A stretch of 64,000 nucleotides of DNA from Haliotis rufescens (lineage: Eukaryota). This document shows, one piece after another, positions 36,301 to 50,215 of this stretch. Every line of letters starts with the position of its first letter. Within the stretch, counting starts at the first letter, position 1. The translations under genes and the position numbers were made by a program. The stretch lies in assembly GCF_023055435.1 (NCBI RefSeq), contig NW_025964334.1, positions 11,656,001-11,720,000 of the forward strand, in the 5' to 3' direction. The notes under the pieces are model-generated. The model was not told the DNA's origin, did no database searches, and worked only from the letters and a program-made list of their open reading frames with translations.

Positions 36301-36363
36301 TATGGTGGTTTGTTGGAATAAAACATTGATTGACTGATTGATTGGAACTTCTGTTGTTCAGTA
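33359..36363 (+). mobile_element. Decayed Tc1 element with a LINE inserted in its right TIR
   Basis: Broken transposase at about 33650-34440 (VRRRL, QVLFTYESR, FQHDNAR); left TIR TACTCAACAACAAAAAATCTTGTGACA; right TIR split as TGTCACAGG|LINE|AACTTCTGTTGTTCAGTA. Confidence 0.88.
34623..36344 (+). mobile_element. 5'-truncated RTE-X-like LINE
   Basis: FIDFTKAFD, GLRQGENLSPLLF, LLYADD, YGCEIWG, YGELGRFP, FRTSNHYLPVETGRW, CNLC..DEFHFLFKC; AATAAA plus (ATTG)n tail. Confidence 0.93.
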
Positions 36364-36941
36364 TACAATCAGTTATGGTACCTGATTATTATGAGATCAA
36401 TATAAGCGACATTAATTCACAGCCAGCAGCCTCGGCTAACAACAGTTTTATTGATTTTTTTATTTGATTTTGAGCATGTCTGAGTGCTATCAGAAACAAT
36501 GCAATATGAAACCAAGCTGAACAGCACACTCAGACATCGTGACATTTCCTTTTCACGCGGGGGCGGTCGAGTAGCCTAGTGGTTAAAGCGTTAGCTCGTC
36601 ACGCCGAAGACCCGGGTTCCATTCCACTCGGGGCAACCTGAGACCAAATTGTCCTAGGCGCCGCAGTCGCCGAGCGGAGTTGTGTACCTTAGTCGTGCCA
36701 GGGTTCTATGATAATGGGTTCGAATCCAAAATTGCCCTGATAATAAATCCTTGGTTTGTCAGCACCATACCCGAGGTCATGGACTTTCACCAAAGTGGTA
36801 AATGGCTACGACCTGCATCACTTCGGTTTTCCTCACACATGAAGGTGACACGCTGTGATATAACTAAAATACTCACCCACCCACCTAATCACGAACGAAC
36901 GAACGAACGAACGAACGAACGAACGAACATCGCTTGTTTAC

Positions 36942-37171
36942 CTCTTTACTCGTTGGTGACGAGTCCCTTTCTGGCGAATCGTCATCTTCGTCATTATCAT
37001 ATTTTTCGGATTGTCTCCCCTGTTTCGTAGGCTCCTTACTCGACCCGTGAGGTGGGGAGTTTGATCCTCTTCGACCTGACTTGTAACGTTCGCCCATTCT
37101 GTTTGAATCACGTTCTTCGTTGTTCATGTTTCCCTTCTCAGCTTTTGAAGGAGGGGCGTTCCGTGCATTAC
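36942..37171 (-). CDS. Internal exon of the same - strand gene
   Basis: tctcgtttag| ... |gtaaac; 230 nt, phase 1-0; NARNAPPSKAEKG...DNDEDDDSPERDSSPTSKE; joins 28791 in frame. Confidence 0.72.
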
Positions 37172-37581
37172 CTAAACGAGATTTATCTTTTGTACATATC
37201 AACCCACAGACATGAAACATTTTCTCACGAACGCAACTTATGCACCAACAAACAATCCAAATTCCCCAAAGTGGCAGAAGAACCCTAACACACCTACTCC
37301 TGAACATCATTAAATGGACTGAGTGAGTGAGTTGGGTTTAACGCCGCTTTTAACAGTCTTCCAGTTATATCACGGCGTGTCAGTTTAATGTGGGAGGAAA
37401 GCCCGAAGTGATGCAGGTCTCAGACGTTTACCACTTCGGTGAAACCCACGAGCACGGGTATGAAACTAAAATATAATCGGGGCGAACCGGATTCGAACCC
37501 ACAGTAATAGCTTTCTCGCGTCGCCTTAGACGACTGGGCCACCCGCGCCCCCTCAAGAAATGGAGTTAGGGGGGGTTGGGG

Positions 37582-37640
<59 letters not shown>

Positions 37641-38889
37641 GGGGGGGAGGGGGGGGGGGGGGCACGAGGACCTGGTGTTTTAGGAGGATGTGTTGTTGTT
37701 TAACGCCGCTCTCAGCAATATTCCAACCTTGACGGCGGTCTGTACATAATGGCATTTGGACCAGACACCACTAGCATCCCTCAATGCAGTTGGGATACGA
37801 TGACATGCATCAACCAGGTCAGCGAGCGAAACAATCCGATCAGGTAAGTCGCATTACGACAAGTATGCCTTGGGTTTCTGAACACCAATTCTAACCGGGA
37901 TCTTCACGGGACCACAGGGATTCGTAACGCAAGCGGTTACTAGTGTCGGTTATGTGGAGGACATTTCCAAATTCCACTCATCAGTGACAAAAATGATGTC
38001 CGATGCAATTCCCTATTTTGACTTGTGCCATATGTTACCGTGTGAACTTGACTTGCCCTTGCATGTGTTTGCGACGGGTGCCACGGGTGATGCAGGATAG
38101 GCTCACCTTTTCGCGAAACACCTGCCATCATCACTATTTGATAGTGATTCCATAATAACACATTGTTAGGATATTGTCGGAGTCGTACTTTCGACTCTGC
38201 GGTATGCAGAATGTAAGTTTTATAGGAGTACAGTGTCCACAGTGAACAATGTTGAATTTGTCATCGAACAAACTTGGTGTGTTGACCTCTCCACCTTTTA
38301 TTATGTTGGCAGTATAATGTACACTGGCAGTGTAGCTGCTAGTTCTGGCCTTACAAAAGGGTGAGTGAGTATGGTTTTACGCCGCGTTAAGCAATATTCC
38401 AGCAATATCACGGCAGGGGGACACCAGGAATGAGCTTCACACATTGTACTCATGAGGGGGGTCGAACCCAGGTCTTCGGCGTGACTAGCGAACGCTTTAA
38501 CTACTAGGCTACCAGACCTCCCCCCAAGCCTTACTAGCGCCTGTGGGACGGAGAGGGATTTGGGCAGCTTTGAACCGTCTTTCAGTCATATTACGGCGCT
38601 ATTATATAAGTTTTAATGTACGAGTGTATAACAAGGAGACGGACACCTTTTGATGGTGGCGGACAAGACTTGCAATCAGGTCGAAATCACAATCAAGGGA
38701 TCATAATTGTGTTCACAGAATTGGAAACTACATTGCCACAATTGTAACAATAGTGGGTTATAACAAATATGTCATTGGGTAACCATTGGTGCGTTTTTTT
38801 GGTAACACATTAGATATGAAGTATTTACTGGCATTTAAAAGTTTAAAGAACATGGAGACATGTTTGAACATAGCAAGCACACTACCCAC

Positions 38890-38937
38890 CTCTATCCGGG
38901 TTACGCGAGGTCTCCCTGTTCTTGCCTCTTCCCTTCG
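38890..38937 (-). CDS. Small internal exon of the same - strand gene
   Basis: tgtgtttccag| ... |gtgggt; 48 nt, phase 1-1; KGRGKNRETSRNPDR. Confidence 0.6.
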
Positions 38938-40317
38938 CTGGAAACACAAGACACGTGGTGAGTTGACATGGCGTTCACTTATATAGTTGGTTTGTTGTTT
39001 AACGCCGCTCTCAGCAATATTCCAGCTATATGACGGCGTCTGTAAATAATCGAGTCTGGACCAGACAATCCAGTGATTGACATCATGAGCATCGATCCAC
39101 GCAATTGGGATCGATGACATGCATCAACCAAGTCAGCGAGCCTGACCACCCGATCCCGTTAGTCGCCTTTTACGACAAGCATTGTCGCCATGGATTGCTG
39201 AAGACCTATTCTACCCCGGAATCTTCACGGGTCCTACGCCGTTGGAGTACCAGGACACAGTGTCAATCAAGTCCCCGACCCCGTCCACCCAATCGGGTTG
39301 GTCGCCTCTAACATTGGTTGCTGGGGACCGCCTCTAACCCGGAATCCCCGAAATAGTGGCTTTGATACTAATGATGATAACATGTTTATACTTTCACGGG
39401 AAAATTTGAAATAGAAGCGACCGCAGTAAGAAGCGATGGAGTAACGACCATCTTCGCTATGTCGTAAATACATTGCGTCTGCCAACACAATACTATCGCA
39501 GCGTAACAATTGTCCCAAATCGATGTTAAGTCATTGACGTGTGTTAAAGTAAGTAAGCCATCGAGCGATACCCGAAGGATGGAAGACATGAAGTAACATT
39601 GGACCTATTACGTCACAGTGGAATTTGCACACGGCACCAGTGGTATAACTACAGTGCCAGTTAAGACTTATAAGTAGAAACACCCATTGAGGCTAAAAAT
39701 AGGACGATGATGTGAGCCTCGTTTCCGGAATGAACGCACGACGGCGACCTTCGTGTGTTTGGGGGTTGTTATATAATAAGCTTAAATACAATGAGACCAA
39801 ATCTAACCTACCTACCTCGAGTAAGAAGTAATCAGAATATGAAACTTAAGGGAAATACCAAATAAATCACTATTATCGGAACTTTTTACCAAGGTATTGA
39901 TTATGAATTTATTTGGAATACGAAATAATCACGTTGTGAAAATAATCCGTATTTCCACTCGGGAAAATTATTCAATGACAGAACAGCGTTTCAATCACGA
40001 ATCAATCAATTCGTGCTGCCATATTAACCAGAATGACTAAGGAGCCATGGTTGGTCGTGACGCTAACCACGACCTCTGTTGATGTTGAACCGTTATATGA
40101 TAGGCCTGGGTGGTGATTAACGAGTGAGTGTGTTGTTTAAGCCGCAGTCAGTACTATTCGAGATACATGTATGTCACCTCTAATCTAGTTGGCTGAAATC
40201 TAAGCAACGATCCAGGCCGTCGGGGTACGATGAACGCAGTCACCCAAGTCACAGATCCTGACCACCAGAATACATCACTCTTTGCTGTTTAAAGCCGCAA
40301 TACCCAGCTTGTAAGTA

Positions 40318-40491
40318 CAGTAAACTACGTTTATAACGAACACGCTTATAACAAACTTACCATATAACGAACTTATTTTTTAGTCCCAACCATTTGTTGT
40401 ACATATTCTGTACATCTGCTTATAACGAACTACGGTTATTACGAACTAAAATTAGTGGTCCCTTTGAGTTCGTTATAACCGCAGTTAACTG
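40318..40491. mobile_element. Tc1/pogo-type MITE (second, inverted copy at 42175-42332)
   Basis: CAGTAAACTACG..TATAACGAAC termini with TA TSD. Confidence 0.88.
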
Positions 40492-40659
40492 TAACCGAAT
40501 CTAGACCAGACAATCCAGTGATTGATATTGTGAGCAACAACTCCACGCCGTCGGTGTACGACGTCACGCAATCAACCAAGTCACAGAGTCTTTGCATATT
40601 GCTCGATGGCTTCTATTAATACCAGGGTGACTGAATGTTGTGTCACGCCGCTGAGGTGG

Positions 40660-41017
40660 TGGGTGAGGTGAAATGGGGTTTTACGTCGCGTCCAAGATTA
40701 TTGCACTTATATAGCGACGTGCATGTACGTGTGTGTGTGTGTGTGTGTGGCTGCTTGTACTAGCCCGGACTGATGCCGATTTATAGTGCTAGCTCACTGA
40801 GATACCATGCCGCAGTTTAACATGAATACCCCACTCAGACACAGTATACTGACTCCGAGCCGACCAGTCCTTGTTTCAGCCCATTAATGCCGAGCGGGAG
40901 ACAGGGTAACAACAAGTACCATCTTTTAACGTCTTTTGGTATGAAGCGGCCGGGGATCGAACCCCGGACCTTCCGGTCTCCGGGCGGACGCTCTACCATT
41001 AGACCACGGAGGCGGTC
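40660..41017 (-). mobile_element. Family D tRNA-derived SINE with internal (CA)n (Meta/MESC-core-like)
   Basis: Head GACCGCCTCCGTGGTCTAATGGTAGAGCG..GGTTCGATCCCC, core CCAAAAGACGTTAAAAGATGGTACTTG; (CACCT)n tail. Second copy at about 21112-21529; fragments at 41120, 52940, 60965. Core name is from memory, not searched. Confidence 0.8.
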
Positions 41018-44000
41018 CACGCCGCTTAGACTCATATTACATAATATCATGGCAGGCTCAATGTTATCGAGTCGGGACCAGCGAAACACGAGTCTTTTCG
41101 TTTGGGTTTGAGGACGTCAGGTGAAGTGAGGAGGCATGGGGTTTACCGTCACGTTCAAGATTATTGCAGTTATACAGCGACTTTCAAACACGTGCGTGAG
41201 GTGGGATTTATGAAACAGGTCACATGCTGCAACATCCAAACCTCAATAGTCGGCTAGCGCTTTTAGCAAGATCCCAGAATTACCACATGATCGCATCATA
41301 TGAACTAACTATTTAAGGGGGGACCAAACAAAGGATAAGGTATGGTAATGACGCGTCATGGCCCACTGGAAATTAATAATAATTATAAGAAATGAGGAAA
41401 GTATTTAAAAATCATTGTGCAAGTTTTTAGAACTGTTTATATGAAATAGAATCATAGACTTTATTCATTTAAAAGTTGGACTTATAACTACAATAAATAA
41501 AAAGGTGAGAAAAAGGCTGTTTTAGAGGTTTTCAGGGAGCCTTTATCTAATATTTGAACATGCGCAAGTCTTTGACGCAAACTGATAAACTTACATGCAA
41601 GTTAAACAGTACAAACATACAATTAATATCGTCTTGAGTCACGGACCTGTTCCCAGTTAGAAATATATAAAAATCGGTCTTCTTTCGCTCAATTTAGCTA
41701 TATTTAAGTATTTCATTCTTTCAGAAGTCAGAAGATGTTTAAAAGAAGAAAGGCTAGCCACCAGCCATTTCAAAATTATTCATATCAATTTTAAAATATC
41801 AAACTTTATGATCTGACATTTCTACTAGGCCAACACAGGGACTTTACCTACCTCAACCTTAGATTCAAGTCCATTGGAAACTTTTTGTCTACCTGCTCAA
41901 AATGTTTGATGCATATCAATTTAAAAGTTATCTTTTACCCTAATTACACAGCCGCAACTGTCTCAGTTTCTCTCAGTTTCTCGGTTTCTTAGTTTCCAAG
42001 TTCCCAACATGGCCTGAAGTCTTGGAACGGGCATAACATGGCCACCTTTTGTCCAATATATATGAATCCGCTTTAACGAAACATTGTAAACATGAAGTCC
42101 TGGGGACCATCGAATACATCGACTCATCTGGAGTTCGAGATAAGCGGAGAGCCGTTAACAACGTTTTGAACATACAGTAAACTACGGTTATAACGAACTC
42201 AAAGGGACCACTAATTTAAGTTCGTAATAACCGTAGTTCGTTATAAGCATATATACAGCATATATACATCAAATGGCCGGGACTAAAAAAGAAGTTCGTT
42301 ATAAGCGTGTTCGTTATAAACGTAGTTTACTGTATAAATATATCAGCACTGAAGACAACAAAATTCACTGGGAAACCAACGAAACACAACACAAACTGAA
42401 ATGTAACTACAGTCAGCTCACACTTAAATGTTTATAACGATAACCTTCACAAAAACGTTTCATAAACTCATTCTATCCCCGTGACGCCCACACAAGCCAC
42501 ATAACAGATCACACACTACACCACAAAGTATCATTACCAATTGCTAAGACACACGAACAGACCTTACCACCAGCTTTGTGTAGTATCTACAAAAGGACAC
42601 ACAATCCAACAGTAAACACAAGACAAGCCAACAATGCTAAAACAACAATGAAGAAGTTTAAAACAAAAGTTTCACGAAAAAACAAAACAAATACAGAAAA
42701 AAAACAGCAATTCTGTTCTTACCTAAAATGACCCTACTTGGAACAGAGAATTTGAAACGACTGCCACACGTACGGTTTTCTATCTACAATATCGTGGGTT
42801 GTCTCTCACGGATGAAATAATCATAAGGTACCAATCTACCCTTGGCACCTGCGTAGTAATCAATTTAGAGTGTTCAATTTCCTTAGCCCATGAATATTGC
42901 AAGCCAACTTCGATTCGGCTTCTTTTCCAATAGGTTGACGGCCTACCTACCATATTTTCGCTCTTAAGCACCAACGGTTTAATGTTTTCTACACCTGCTT
43001 GTTATCGGAACGGCATGGAATAGCTTTCAATGCTGCTCTCGAGCCTAGGACTATGGAATCTGAATAATGGTCAAAGTAATTGTCAATAACTCGCGGATGT
43101 ACGTAAAGCTTAGCTATCATTTTCTATTGAAGTGGTCACGGCGTAACGACGACATGTCGATATACTTTACCTAAAGCACTCAGCCTTACCTGAAGCATTC
43201 GGCTTTGTTAAAAGACCGGGTTTCGTTGGTAATAAGGCTATTGTCGCCAACTCGTATTTTTCATCATGGTTGGGTTATACAGTGAACATTTGAAAAATAA
43301 TTCTTCAAGGGACAGTGTCATTATTTGTTTGATTTTGTGGGGATTTGTTTGTTTAACGCCACACTATTGCTGTACGAAGATGACCTATATATAACTGAAT
43401 CTGAACTAGACAATCCGGGGTTGATAGCATGAACATTAATCCAAACCGTCGGGGTACGGTGACACGCAGTCAACTAAGTCACCGACCCTGAGCATCTGAT
43501 CTTTAAGTCTCCAAAATAGGCTGCTTGGGAACATCCCTAAACCGGACTCCCAATAGGGTATCGGAGAAGGATAGTGGTTAAAGCGTTCTGTCTCCCCGCC
43601 AAAGTCCCTGGTTCGATTCTCCACATTGGCATAAAGCTTGTCCGCTATGCTATGTGTTAAAATTTTCGTTCAAACTCAACTTAGTCTGCTAGAAAATTAC
43701 TCAATTCACTGAGACATATCTCTGATTCACTCATAGAACTAATTACTAGTATACAGTGAACACCAGACTGAACCTAGTCAACAGCACGTGGAGGAATGTC
43801 CCTCTAAGGCTTAAACAGCACCTGGTCATTAACGGTTCGATTGAAGGAATGATTAGGTATTATTGATTGCATACAATCCTACATACCATCTGGGTACAAA
43901 ACAACACATGTTCATGCACTATTAGGATTGTTTTCAATGTAAGTATTTATCCACTCCTCGCTAATCGAGACAAATTGATGGCGCTATTGTAAATAGATGG

Positions 44001-44964
44001 GTTCCTGGCTTCAAGCCATCGGTGTTCCAACACCCAATCTACTTGTACAATAAGGTCGCCTCACAGAGCAAACATTTATATCCAATATCTCTGAGTAGCT
44101 TGCTAAGAAGATCAATAAGCAGTCTACCTGTAGAATGACCCAGTCATGATCTATTTCGTGTTATGACATAGTGTGTCACAAGGCAACAACTGAGAATTAG
44201 GTGCCTTAATAATGACAGGTTCGAATCCCATATTCGTCTTGATTACGACTCCCGTGAAGATCAGTTTGAAAATTGGTCTTCAGCAACCTATGCTTGCCGT
44301 AAGAGGCGACTAACGGGATAGGGTGGTCAGGGTCGCTGACTTCTTTGATGCGTGTCATCGTTTCACAATTGCGTAGATCGATGCTCATGATGTCAGTCAC
44401 TCGATTGCCTGGTCCAGACATGATAATTTACAGACTGGAATAAAAGTGCCACGTTAAGCAACAAACAAACAAACAAACTGGATTATGACCATTAGTTAGC
44501 TCATGGTTTCCACAACTTTACACTGCAAACACGAAAACGTCGGTTTTTTCCGTATATGGTCATATGGAAAAACGATGTTATTTGGTCGTTACAAACCATC
44601 GTTTTTCCGTCCAAATAATAATAATTAGGAAACATCTGATCTCCGCCACATTAAGCTGAGACGCCATGATAGAGCTGAAATGGTATTCAAGGAGGTGTAA
44701 AATAAAACTCACCCACTCACACTCTCTCTAAGGCATATTCTCGTTAATACGTCAGTTAATTGCAGGACCATAAGATCGAACAACCATGGCACTCGTTAAT
44801 TCAGACATGGTGACAATATACCTTGAATGTCGATGGATATGCGACAAACTGGATAAACGAGTGTCAAAACCAAATAGTTACCTTATTTGGCTACGAACAT
44901 TCAAGTACTCCATACACTCCAAGGATCTTCAAAAGACAAATCCAGAGCAACCAACACTTGTTAC

Positions 44965-45014
44965 CATCTATCCCAAACCGTTCTGTGGAATCAGTATCCG
45001 CAGCCTCTGAATCA
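44965..45014 (-). CDS. Tentative upstream exon of the - strand gene
   Basis: gtgtgtatcag| ... |gtaaca; 50 nt, phase 2-1; DSEAADTDSTERFGID; phase-compatible with 38937. Confidence 0.35.
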
Positions 45015-47226
45015 CTGATACACACAAACCGAAATCGATCGACGCACCTTTGATAAACTCCGTATTGAGAAAACTCCAAGAAAACAAAACCGTGAGAAAA
45101 AACAGCCTACCAATGAATACCCCATCACATTATACCTGTCCTTGTGGCCAACGTTATATGTGGAACCGTGGCCGCATGTACAAGAAGGAACTGCCTTTGT
45201 CTGTCCAACAGGCCATTTCACGCAAACAAAGGTATTGATTTTGTGTCTATTAATCAGAATCAATGATAAACGATGTTTGCATTTTTGTCACAGGCCATGG
45301 TAATGTTTCCGTACTGTCGTCAGCATTGATTCTGAATCTGAAGCAATTAAAATGTCATGAATATTTCTGTGTTCAATGGAAGGTGATTATAGAATCCATA
45401 GCGACAGACAAACTCCTCGATTGACTTGGGCCATATAACAGCCAAGCAAACCCATTCTTTCATATATATAAAAACATGTTACGTAAATATAAAACATCAA
45501 AGCCAGACAATAACCAGTCTCGATTATCCGCCGAAACAGATTCGAATGGGCGTAAAAAGCAAAATAACGTGAAAATTCGATGGACGGTTCACTGAAAATC
45601 AGTGATCACACCAGGTCTATGTCGGTAGGGCAAATCAATTATCAATCTATTATAAATATAAATATTAATAAAATATTAATAAATTAATCAATTTTGCTTC
45701 ATTACGAAAACAAAAATCATTTACAGGTCATATGATGTTTATCAGAAACGCTTATTGGACGCCGTCGTTGTCTGTGATAAAGAAAGATGTATCGAGACAA
45801 GTCGACTGTTTGTTTGTACAGACGATCCCTATGACTTAATAACAAAGAATCAATATGATACTAAATACGTACACTCGTTCATGTTTGACGTGATTCTGCA
45901 ACACCTTGGCCCCCTGGGACGTCCTTGATCACCTGGAAAACGTCACAAGATGTTTATAAGATTTTTGTTTGTTGTTTTCTACGCCCTAGTAACCAATACT
46001 TCATCTATACTGCCGGGCAAAAGAAAGTATACATTCATGTTTGATGGTGGGTAAAAAGAAACAAACAAGAAATGGTTTATCGATTATATTGTTTTTTTAA
46101 TTTGACGCTTACCTGATATACGGCTTTTCCGTTGGACGAGAGGCCGGTTACCTGACCGCGAAATTGACGTTCATAAGTGTATGAACGCCACAATTTGACG
46201 TTCATGCGTTTTTCAAGAGATCGTGTTCTTGAAATGACGTTAACACTGACGGACTACTTCCACGTTCCTGGGGAAACCCCATGGAATTCCCTAGCACGAA
46301 TACATACAGAAGCGTTCTTTCTGACCATTTAGACCCTTTAATCTTGAACTCAGCGTGTTAGTATACATTGGGAAACGTCAGAGAATTTGACTCCACGACC
46401 GTTCATGTTAGGGTTAGGGTTAGGGAATATCCTCGCTACGACCCATCCTAGTGAACACAATGAAGATATGCACATCTTTAATCACCTTTCAATGATCGGC
46501 CAATTGATCAATGATGACTAAAACATCTAATCGCCACATTAACAACTTCCGAAATCTCTCCCGTCACGTTTATCGTGTCGGCCATTTTAACGTCTTGTAC
46601 TTGATGTAAATGTATTACGACGCGCTGTCATTGTGTCTGACCTACTGAGGTAGTTCTTAACAGTCGCCAGCTCCGACGTTCATACAGTTTGGCTCTCATT
46701 CTATGAAGGTTCATCTTCCAATGAACTCACACAAAGTGAAAGTCAATTCTTAAGTGACGTATTTGATACGAGTATCATAGGCGATGTTACGTTCATCATA
46801 TCAATGAGTGAGTGACGTGCACATGACGTCTCAAGGAACATAGAGTGAGTGAGTGAGTGAGTGAGTGAGTTGGGTTTAACGGCGCTTTTAACAGTCTTCC
46901 TGTTATATCGCGGCGTGTCAGCTTAATGTGGGAGAAAAAGCCCGAAGTGATGCAGGTCTAAGACGTTTACCACTTCGGTAAACCCACGAGCACGGGTATG
47001 GTGCTGACAATCCTAGAAACATAGTCGGGGCGAACCGGGATTCGAACCCACAATCATAGGTTTCTGGTGTGCCCAAGGGACGCAACTCTGCACAGCGAAT
47101 CGCGGCGCCTTAGACGACTGGGCCACCCGTGCCCCCTCAAGGAACATAGAGGTCGGAAGTTCAAGGGTATACTTTCTTTCGCCCGTAATTTTAAATCATG
47201 GCGGCGTGTTATAATAACAAACGTCC

Positions 47227-48638
47227 AAATGATTGGGACTGAGAGGGGTGGAGGGATATAAAAGAAATGATTGGGACTGAGAGGGGTTTCAGCGGTATAA
47301 AAGAAATGATTGGGACTGAGAGGGACGGAGGGGTATAAAAGAAATTATCTGGACTGAGAGGGCTGCAGGGGTATAAAAGAAATGATTGGGACTGAGAGGG
47401 GTGCAGGGGTATAAAAGAAATGATTGGGACTGAGAGGGGTGGAGGGGTATAAGAGAAATGAATTGGACTGAGAGGGGTGGAGGGGTATAAAAGAAATGAT
47501 TGGGACTGAGAGGGGTGCAGGGGTATAAAAGAAATGATTGGGGCTGAGAGGGACGGAGGGGTATAAAAGAAATGATTGGGGCTGAGAGGGGTGGAGGGGT
47601 ATAAAAGAAATGATTTGGACTGAGAGGGGTGGAGGGGTATAAAAGAAATGATTGGGACTGAGAGGGGTGCAGGGGTATAAAAGAAATGATTGGGGCTGAG
47701 AGGGACGGAGGGGTATAAAAGAAATGATTGGGGCTGAGAGGGGTGGAGGGGTATAAAAGAAATGATTGGGACTGAGAGGGGTGGAGGGGTATAAAAGAAA
47801 TGATTGGGACTGAGAGGGGTGCAGGGGTATAAAAGAAATGATTGGGGCTGAGAGGGACGGAGGGGTATAAAAGAAATGATTGGGGCTGAGAGGGGTGCAG
47901 GGGTATAAAAGAAATGATTGGGACTGAGAGGGGTGCAGGGGTATAAAAGAAATGATTTGGACTGAGAGGGGTGGAGGGGTATAAAAGAAATGATTGGGAC
48001 TGAGAGCGGTGCAGGGGTATAAAAGAAATGATTGGGGCTGAGAGGGACGGAGGGGTATAAAAGAAATGATTGGGGCTGAGAGGGGTGCAGGGGTATAAAA
48101 GAAATGATTGGGACTGAGAGGGGTGCAGGGGTATAAAAGTAATGATTGGGACTGAGAGGGGTGCAGGGGTATAAAAGAAATGATTGGGGCTGAGAGTTGT
48201 GCAGGGGTATAAAAGAAATGATTGGGACTGAGAGGGGTGCAGGGGTATAAAAGAAATGATTGGGACTGAGAGGGGTGCAGGGGTATAAAAGAAATGATTG
48301 GGACTGAGAGGGGTGTAGGGGTATAAAAGAAAGGATTGGGACTGAGAGGGGTGGAGGGGTATAAAAGAAATGATTGGGTCTGAGAGCGGTGCAGGGGTAT
48401 AAAAGAAATGATTGGGACTGAGAGTGGTGCAGGGGTATAAAAGAAATGATTGGGGCTGAGAGTGGTGCAGGGGTATAAAAGAAATGATTGGGACTGAGAG
48501 CGGTGCAGGGGTATAAAAGAAATGATTGGGACTGAGAGGGGTGCAGGGGTATAAAAGAAATGATTGGGACTGAGAGGGGTGCAGGGGTATAAAAGAAAGG
48601 ATTGGGACTGAGAGGGGTGCAGGGGTATAAAAGAAATG
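47227..48638. repeat. 38-bp minisatellite, about 37 copies
   Basis: Unit GGGGTATAAAAGAAATGATTGGGACTGAGAGGGGTGCA; the 38-aa periodicity of the spurious - strand ORFs confirms unit length. Confidence 0.97.
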
Positions 48639-49299
48639 TTGTCTGTACAAATTCTGAATACAAAAACACTGATAACTGCAAAGGCCGGTGGGGTAGCCTA
48701 CTGGTTTAAGCGTTCGCTCGTCAGGCACTTTAAAGGTCAACAATTAGATTTTAAGCGCAACTTTCTTGTATTTTGTTAACTTTGTGAGATTAACTTCATT
48801 CCAAAGAGATTGAAATCACAGGCAATTACACACTATGGACCAAGTACCGAGGAAAATGCTTTAAAACATATTGCTTAATAATGCATTTATTAACATTTCA
48901 TAAATATGTTTCCTATTCGTTTAAAGTAGCCTCAAGCTGCAACGATCCATCAGTGTAATTAATTATATATACCTTAATTGATGTCACAATGACATAATGT
49001 CACAATGCCAAGTGACACAATATTGATCGAGCATTGAGAAAAACTGAGAAAAAACATGTACGTTCATGTACATGTTTAAACTTAATTAACCCACTTATAT
49101 TCTTGAACAACAAAAAAGGAAACGTTGATGCTTTTATATCATCAACTAGCAACGTCCCATTAGGGAAATTGCGTCATTCTGCGAGACTGGGCTTGAATAA
49201 TGTGACACAATGGCACAATATAGAAATGCACCGACTGGAACTGAAAACCATACGATAGTCGAGAAGAGCCTTTATTTTATCGCCTACCGTACAACGAGA

Positions 49300-50215
49300 T
49301 TGTGGCTTCGCGCTATCGCTCTGACGAGTCACAATATCGTTCTATCGAACTATCGCTCTGTCGCATCGCACTAGCTCATCGCACCGCCGCTATCGCTATC
49401 GCTATTTCCTTATGTCGAATCCTACTTTCGCACCATACTATCGCTCCACCAGATCGCACAATCGCTCTATCTCAATGTACTATCGCTCTATCACATCGTA
49501 CTATCGCTTTAGCACACCGTACTATCGCGCTATCACATAGCACTATCACATCGTACTATCACCCTATCACAAAGCACTATCGCATCGTACTATCGCCCTA
49601 TCACAAAGCACTATCGCATCGTACTATCGCCCTATCACAAAGCACTATCGCATCGTACTATCACCCTATCACAAAGCACTATCGCATCGTACTATCGCCC
49701 TATCACATGGCACTATCGCTTTATCACACCGTACTATCGCTTTAGAACACCGTACTATCGCGCTATCACATAGCACTATCACATCGTACTATCACCCTAT
49801 CACAAAGCACTATCGCATCGTACTATCGCCCTATCACATGGCACTATCGCTTTATCACACCGTACTATCGTCCTATCACATCGCAGTATCGCTCTATCAC
49901 ATCGTACTATCACTTTATCACACCGTACTATCGTCCTATCACATCGCAGTATCGCTCTATCACATGGCACTATCGCTTTATCACACCGTACTATCGTTCT
50001 ATCACATTGCAGTATCGCTCTATCACACCGTACTATCGTTCTATCACATCGTACTATCGCTCTATCCCATCGTACTATCGCACTCGTGTCTCACTGCATT
50101 ATCTCCCTATTACGTCGCACTATCGCATCATACTAACGCTCTATCGTATGGCGATACCAACCTATCGCACAGCAATATCGCTCTATCGAATAGCGCCATC
50201 GCCCTATCAGAAGAC
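49300..50215. repeat. Satellite built on a 7-bp subunit (CTATCGC/CTATCAC) with 21-bp and longer higher-order units
   Basis: TATCACATCGTACTATCGCTC-like units with degenerate flanks. Confidence 0.9.

Noticed and set aside
46407-46424. (TTAGGG)3 telomeric repeat
   Set aside because: Only three units at the edge of a probable interspersed repeat; too short to call a telomere relic.
47209-48743. 484- and 490-aa ORFs
   Set aside because: Translation of the 38-bp repeat cycling through all three frames.
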